This document shows positions 57,700-64,000 of a stretch of 64,000 bases of DNA, in pieces (within the stretch, counting starts at the first letter, position 1; each line of letters starts with the position of its first letter). The notes under the pieces are model-generated. The model ran no database searches and was not told where the DNA came from. It was given only the letters and a program-made list of their open reading frames with translations. Location: assembly GCA_012295275.1 (NCBI GenBank), contig CM022667.1, positions 3,534,001 through 3,598,000 of the forward strand. The letters are read 5' to 3'. This DNA comes from Chrysomallon squamiferum (lineage: Eukaryota; Animalia; Mollusca). The position numbers and the translations under genes were made by a program.

Positions 57700-58512
57700 C
57701 TGCTTAGAGAGAGAGAGAGAGAGATCCCGAATGACGCATTTGGCCAGGCAATTAATTGAAAGCAGAAGGCTATGTTTATGAGATTGATGTGTGTGTTATA
57801 CATTTCACTAATGAGCGGATTTTAATCAGGCCTCTCTCTCTCTGTCTCTCTAAACACTGCAGCCAAAGTGAAATTCGATCAAAGTACGCAGCACCTCAGC
57901 CAGTCGGTCCGAAGCCTAGCTCTGTCTGCTCCTCGCTTCTCTCTCTGTATTGTACTGTGCTTAATGAGTGACTTGTCTGTCGAAGATAATTGCTTCATAT
58001 ATGCAAAGCAGAGCTTTTGCCCAGCAGTCAGGGTTGTAGCTTTTTTAGCCACAGGGTGCGCGCAGTTCAGCCGATGCGTGTAAGAGATCACCACTGTCCT
58101 GTCGTTGACATCGTCGTCTCGCGCACACACACACACACACTGAGAGAGAGAGTGGAGCTTACTTACTTACTTACTACTACTACTACTACTGCTACTACTG
58201 CTGCTACTGCTACTACTACCACCCTGACGATGGAATTACCCCATCTGAGACTGAGCTAATATTTGAAAAGGCATTGCCAATACAAAAGAGTTGCCATTTA
58301 TTATCGCCTGTGCTGAGATTCTGTAGGATGTGTAATTAACGTGTCCCTTGTGCGACTGCGGCCAAGCGCGCAGTGGCTATCAAGGCAGAAGAAGTATGGA
58401 CAGCGCGGGCTACTGATCTAGGTCAGGCTGTGTCTAAACCGAGATTCTGGAGGGGATACAACAAACCCCCCTCTTCCACTATGTTACTGTGATTCTGTAC
58501 ACTGAGGTAATC
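57700..58512 (+). promoter_or_regulatory. Putative promoter and non-coding first exon (5' leader) ending at donor GAG|GTAATC (58506/58507)
   Basis: Longest GC/CpG-enriched island seen in the window. It carries GAGA runs, a CRE-like TGACGCA, (CA)n/(GA)n/(CTA)n leader-type repeats and four short ATG ORFs, then a splice donor followed by a return to AT-rich sequence. Confidence 0.4.
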
Positions 58513-58989
58513 TTTTATTATATCATTACTTGTTGTAGACGTTATTTTTATTTTTCTTAAATTCTCTTCTTGTCTGTCTGTGTGTGTCTGTGTGTGTGTG
58601 TGTTTTGTGTTTGTGTGTGTATTTAAATGTTCTATCACAGGTTACTGGGGCATGGGTGATATAAAAATACCGTTGATTTCTCGAACCAGGTGTCTGCCTG
58701 TTTATTTGTAAATTCACAGGCTCATTTCTTTTCTTCTTCTTCTTTTTCTTCTTCTTTTTCTTCTTCTTTTATTATTATTATTATTTTTTTTTTTTTAAAT
58801 ATATCTTTCTTTTGTTTGTTGTATCTTCTTGCTGAATGTGAGATCTGATTGTTCAGTGCTCGTTACTGTTGGTACCAAACTGCCGAGAAGTGAGTGTTGT
58901 CATCTTCTGCTGTATCGCGTCTGCTTCACTTTGGCAGACACTAATCACTGGTGAGCTGAAGGCAGGGAGGAAAGTAGATTACAGCAGAA

Positions 58990-58997
58990 TGACGTCA
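58990..58997. promoter_or_regulatory. Perfect CRE palindrome TGACGTCA
   Basis: Exact 8-mer in a complex island ~480 bp downstream of the putative first-exon donor. Confidence 0.35.
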
Positions 58998-59107
58998 AAC
59001 TAATAAATCAATAGATTGGAGAAATTAGTACCATTCATTGTTAATTTAATACTTTTTTTTGATGACGGGGGAAAGGAAAAAATGAAAAAATAAAAATAAA
59101 TAAAATT

Positions 59108-59330
59108 GTAATTAGATTTTTGAAATTATTTTTAAAAATGAAATGAGATCATTTTTGATTATAATTGCAGTCGGGAGATAATTTTAATTATAATTAGAAT
59201 TTCTAAACCAAAAAAATTTTCTTCAAGAGAAATGAGATCATATTAATTATAATTAGATTTTTAGAATTTATTTTTAGAAATGAAATTAGGTGATTTTTAA
59301 TTATAATTAGTTTTTAAAATAATTCTTAGC
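59108..59330. repeat. Degenerate AT-rich tandem repeat
   Basis: Recurrent AAATGAGATCATWTTTAATTATAATTAGATTTT. Confidence 0.65.
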
Positions 59331-59935
59331 AATGGAATGCAATATATTTTACATATTTAAAGAAAACAACAAATATTTAAATGAGATAAATAAATTTAAT
59401 TAATTAAATTGATTTTCTGAGATAATAGAAATATATATTCATTAAAATAATTTTATAAAAATATGATTACTAATTAAATACTTTAATAAGGACATTTATT
59501 TTTAGATTTTTTATTACATACACACATGCACATGCACACACATTAATAGATCACTACAGTATTCATATATAATAAACCAGAAATACATAACTATTCAACA
59601 AGATCCTAATTTTATTTTATGTAAAGTGTATTATTAAAACTATAATATCTAAAAAAAAATCCTTTTTTTGGTTTTCACAAACGTATTAGGTACGAAAGCC
59701 ATTACGTTAAAAACAGAAAAGATAAATATTAAGCTGGCAATATTTTATTTAAATGTACTGGATAATTGTTTAGTTATCAAAAGCAAAATAAGTGAAATGG
59801 TTTTTGAGGATTTACATATTTATTCTATCGGCAAGATCTTCACTTTGACCTGAAGATAAACATTACAGTTTTGTAAAAATTATATTTTATCAAGCTGCAG
59901 TCTGTTTTAGATGCTATACTGCATATAATCTGCGT

Positions 59936-59976
<41 letters not shown>

Positions 59977-60130
59977 AGTATTATTCTAAAAACTGTTGTC
60001 CTTAATGCTTTTATTTATTTATTTATCTGTCAATTTTTTTATTCATTCATTCATTCATATATATATATATATATATTTGTTTATCTGAGTTATATAATAA
60101 ATAATCTATGACATCCTTATTTTAGATGAT

Positions 60131-60166
<36 letters not shown>

Positions 60167-60754
60167 AAACGCACACGCACACATTAACCTATTAGTAACA
60201 GAGAACCAAACCCTGCTTTTATACAAGTTTATGTATCTACAACCTAACATGTTTTATTTATAACATCAAATACAGATTTTTGAATTCATGATATAAGTAA
60301 CATTTTATTGTATTATAATTTTAATTTTAAAAATTTTTTTTAAATTTAAATTTTTTTGTTTTGTTTTGTTTTGCATCTGTTTATCCCACCCGTTACATGT
60401 TTTATTTACATTTTTAATTTATTTATGTGTGCCAGATAAATAATTTAACACAATGTCACAATTTGTGTTTATTTCTCACTTATGCCGTGGCATACATGTT
60501 TTATCCCATATCTGACTACCCATCAGTAAGTAATATTTTATTTAACTCTGTCGGAGAGCCTGTGTTGTGTAAGTAACATAACGTGTATGATAAAAGTAAT
60601 ATTACATAATTATCTGTACGCATCTACCACATAACCCGAATCTTGTTCAACCCCGTGATATTTTATTTTATTATCTCTCTGTGTCTACATCTATCTGTCT
60701 ATCCATCTATCTCTCCTTCTACAAACACACAGACACACACAAACACACACACAT

Positions 60755-60794
<40 letters not shown>

Positions 60795-63628
60795 CATATA
60801 TACATACACAGAGAATTAGGTAGCTAGCTGTAAGTAATATTTTATTTAAGCCCATCACATCCTATATGTAATCTGGTACGTTTTATTTAATGTTTTATTT
60901 ATTTGTATCGCATTGTCAGTCTTTATCAAACTCACAGTTATCGTCTAAAGCGAGAGAGAGAGAGAGAGAGAGAGAGGTGTGTTATTTCTGCTGTGCCAGA
61001 TTCATTGTACAAGACAAACACAGGCATAATCCTAGCTGCTATAATGATGTTGGCTAAATAGGTTAATCGCAAGAAGTCATTGACAAAACAACATCTGTAG
61101 CAGCCCAGACTATAGATTAATTCTTATTTTCTCTCCAACCGCCATTATTTACAAGTGGAGAGAGAAGCTTGAAGAAAGAAAAAAAAAAAAAAAAAAATGA
61201 AGAAGAGAAAAGAAATAAGACCATATCAATAATAAATATGCTTTAACAGAGGTTTGCCCTCTTGTCCACACTTTGTCCATTCCAACTTGACCCAATGACC
61301 TTGCGGTCAGCCAATGATAGACTGACTGCACGAGCTTGATGTTTGATTTTCATAGCAGAACACTTCTTTTTCTTTTTTTTTCTTTCTTTCTTTTTTTATC
61401 TGTGAAATGCTCGCACACATTTCTTCACCATCAACGAACGAACGAAGGAAAAATGTCTCAATGTGTTCTGTGTGATCTGCACTGATCTTTTGTTGCCTCT
61501 AAATACCACCACATCTCCTATTGTCACCCTCCATTCACCAGATGCACTCATGTGCGAACTGACTGGTGTTGTTGCTGAGGCATATGTAACATCCACCAAG
61601 CGGCCACACCCCCCCACCCACACCCCTCCCGGGGCCGTTTCGTTTTTGTCCCAGGCCACGTCACAGTCTTTGTTTTAATTTCGGCTTAAGAAGGAAAGGA
61701 TTAGGTACAGTAATAATTATTTTCTCGTTCCAAACAATTCCTGTCAGCAAAGAGGGAGACACGATTGTTTTTGTTGTTTTGTTTTTAAAAAGAAATGTTT
61801 TGATAAATGGCTGGATTTTTTTTTTTTCTGGTTGTGACAATAGATGTTTTGTTGGTTTCTGATTGTGTTGGAGATTTCTAAAACTTTGTTAGATAATGCT
61901 GATGTCATTTGTGATGGTCAAGCTGAAATTAAACAAATTTTGTCTCAGTTCTGTTTGAAATTAGTGAGAGAGAAAAGAAAAAAAACAGTAATTATCCTAC
62001 CTGGCTAATTTTCTTTTTTTTTTCTACTTTTCTTTTCTTCTTTTCTTCTTCTTTCTTTTCATCTTTTCTGTTTTTATTTATTTGTTTTTGTTTTCAGTTG
62101 TTTTTCTTTCTTCTTTTTCAGATGTTTCTTTAATTCAATTTATTTCTTTTCTTGTTTTTAATCAATTTTAAGTTGTTGATTATAAACTGGTTTAGATTTT
62201 TTTTTTTTTTTTTAAATTATTTATAAACTTGTATTTAAATTCCTGGTTATTTGAGAATGTGTTGTTTGTGTTATTAAACAATGTATATGTTTTGATACTA
62301 AAATGAATGTGTGTGTATATTGAGTATGTACATGTGTATGTTTGTGTGTGTGTGTGTGTGTTTTATTTTTTTTGATTAGTTATATTTACATATGTTTAAA
62401 AGTTATGTAACCCATCAGAGGATATTAGCAGCATGTTTAATTAATTTATAAGCTTGTTTTAATGTCTGGATGATTTTACAAGCTTGATGGAAGTTTTCAA
62501 TAATATTTCCTATTTCTTTATCATCATCATCATCATCATCATCATCATTATTCTTATTAAATCATCATCATTAGTAGTAGCAGGTATTGCCATTATTTAT
62601 CATCATCGTCATCTTCATCAATATTGTTAATTAACTAATTAAAAGCTTATTGATTTTGTTTTCTTTGATAAAAAAAACAAGAACATTTGTTGTTTTTTAC
62701 CCCCCCACCCTAAAAAGCAATTATTAAGAATATTTAATCTTTGAGATTATTTCACTAATGTGCACTTAAAAGGTTTTTTGTTTAATCATTATTTGTTACC
62801 CAGGCAGCTGTGTTTTTTTTTTTTTTTTTTTTGATAATGTTTTAATGTCATTAAAATTAGAAAAACTCATTTTCTTAATTAGTTAACCCGGCTGGGTCCA
62901 AGATTCTCGTTAACCTTTAGCTTCGTTAAAGTATACTTTCATTGTTTACCCATTATTCTTTTTCTTTTCCTTTTGTCCAAATTAGCTAAATGTTGAAGAT
63001 TTACAACAGGAAAGAAAAAAAAAAAAAAAAAAAAAAAACAATTATTTAAAATGTTAAGAAAGAAAAAAAAGATATTTTCAGAACATGTGTTCAATGAAAA
63101 ATGTTTATTTTTATTATTGTTTCTTTTTTTTTTTTTTTTTTATAAATATAAGTTCACTGAGGACAGTGTGAAATTAATGTACTTCGGTATTAATTAATTT
63201 TCCTTGAACATATTTTTTTTTTTTTTTTTTTTTGGTCATGGTCTTAGTTTATATTTTTTTTTTTTAAATTGTTATTTATTTAATTAAATTATTTTATTTT
63301 TAATTATTTTTGGTCTATTTTTCACGTCAATGTTTTATTTTCTTTTTCTTTTTATTCACTGTTTCTTTTATTATTATTCTCTCTTTCTTTCTTTCTTTCT
63401 TTCTTTCGTATTCTTTCATTATTTTTATTTATTCTTTATTTCTTTTTTTCATTTATTTTCTGGTTTGACTACAGTTCTGTGATGTCAAGGAAATTAAAAT
63501 AAAAATAAAAATTTCTCTTTCTTTTTTCAAACACTTTCTTTCATTCTATAATAATATGTTGACATTTCATTTTTATTTTGCTTAATACCTGACTTACTGA
63601 TTAACCTCAATAGATGTAGGAATATACA

Positions 63629-63660
<32 letters not shown>

Positions 63661-63799
63661 ATTTTATGATGCTCAGAAATATATATTTTTTTAAAATCCA
63701 TCTAGTGACAGAGAACTTGTTTCATCAATAGAAAACATTTTAATTTTCTTTCTAAATACATTTTTAGGTTATAGTATTACAACTATATAATCATAGTAA

Positions 63800-63927
63800 T
63801 AGCACAGTAGTTGTGGAAGTAGCAGTTGTAGTAGTAGTGATAGAAGTAGTGGTGGTAGTAGTACTAGTGCCGGTAATAACATAGTAATAGTAGTAGACTT
63901 AGTAGTACTGTAGTATTAGTAGTAATC

Positions 63928-63979
<52 letters not shown>

Positions 63980-63980
63980 G
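63800..63980. repeat. (AGT)n trinucleotide repeat
   Basis: Read directly. Confidence 0.95.
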
Positions 63981-64000
63981 TGTTGTAGTGGTGTTGATGC

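Noticed and set aside
61396-61678. Overlapping non-repetitive ORFs on both strands (87 and 71 aa)
   Set aside because: Expected by chance in a GC-richer island. No domain similarity and no clear splice sites.
63860-63872. AGTACTAGTGCCG resembling part of miR-252
   Set aside because: Embedded in an (AGT)n repeat, incomplete seed, no hairpin.

Overview
This is AT-rich eukaryotic (animal) genomic DNA saturated with microsatellites ((CA)n, (GA)n, (AAT)n, (ATC)n, (ACT)n, long poly-A/T) and about a dozen minisatellites or local duplications. The style resembles simple-repeat-rich invertebrate genomes such as molluscs/cephalopods or decapods, but the taxon cannot be fixed from the sequence. I recognise no protein-coding gene, and essentially all ORFs in the track are simple-repeat or chance frames. 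The window looks like a very large intron or regulatory gene desert, in which 200-700 bp islands of complex, CpG-containing, TF-motif-rich sequence alternate with simple repeats. The most solid unusual structure is a ~193-bp, ~95% identical long-range inverted repeat (48704-48896 / 51968-52159). It encloses 3.07 kb that contains a nuclear-receptor half-site cluster and a palindrome-bearing minisatellite. Other candidates are two + strand small exons (46 nt at 10400-10445, 12 nt at 12103-12114), a promoter/first-exon-like region near 57.7-58.5 kb carrying four short uORFs, a perfect DR5+DR4 element at 2467-2493, a degenerate MITE-like element and a tRNA/B-box remnant. All functional interpretations are inference from sequence alone.
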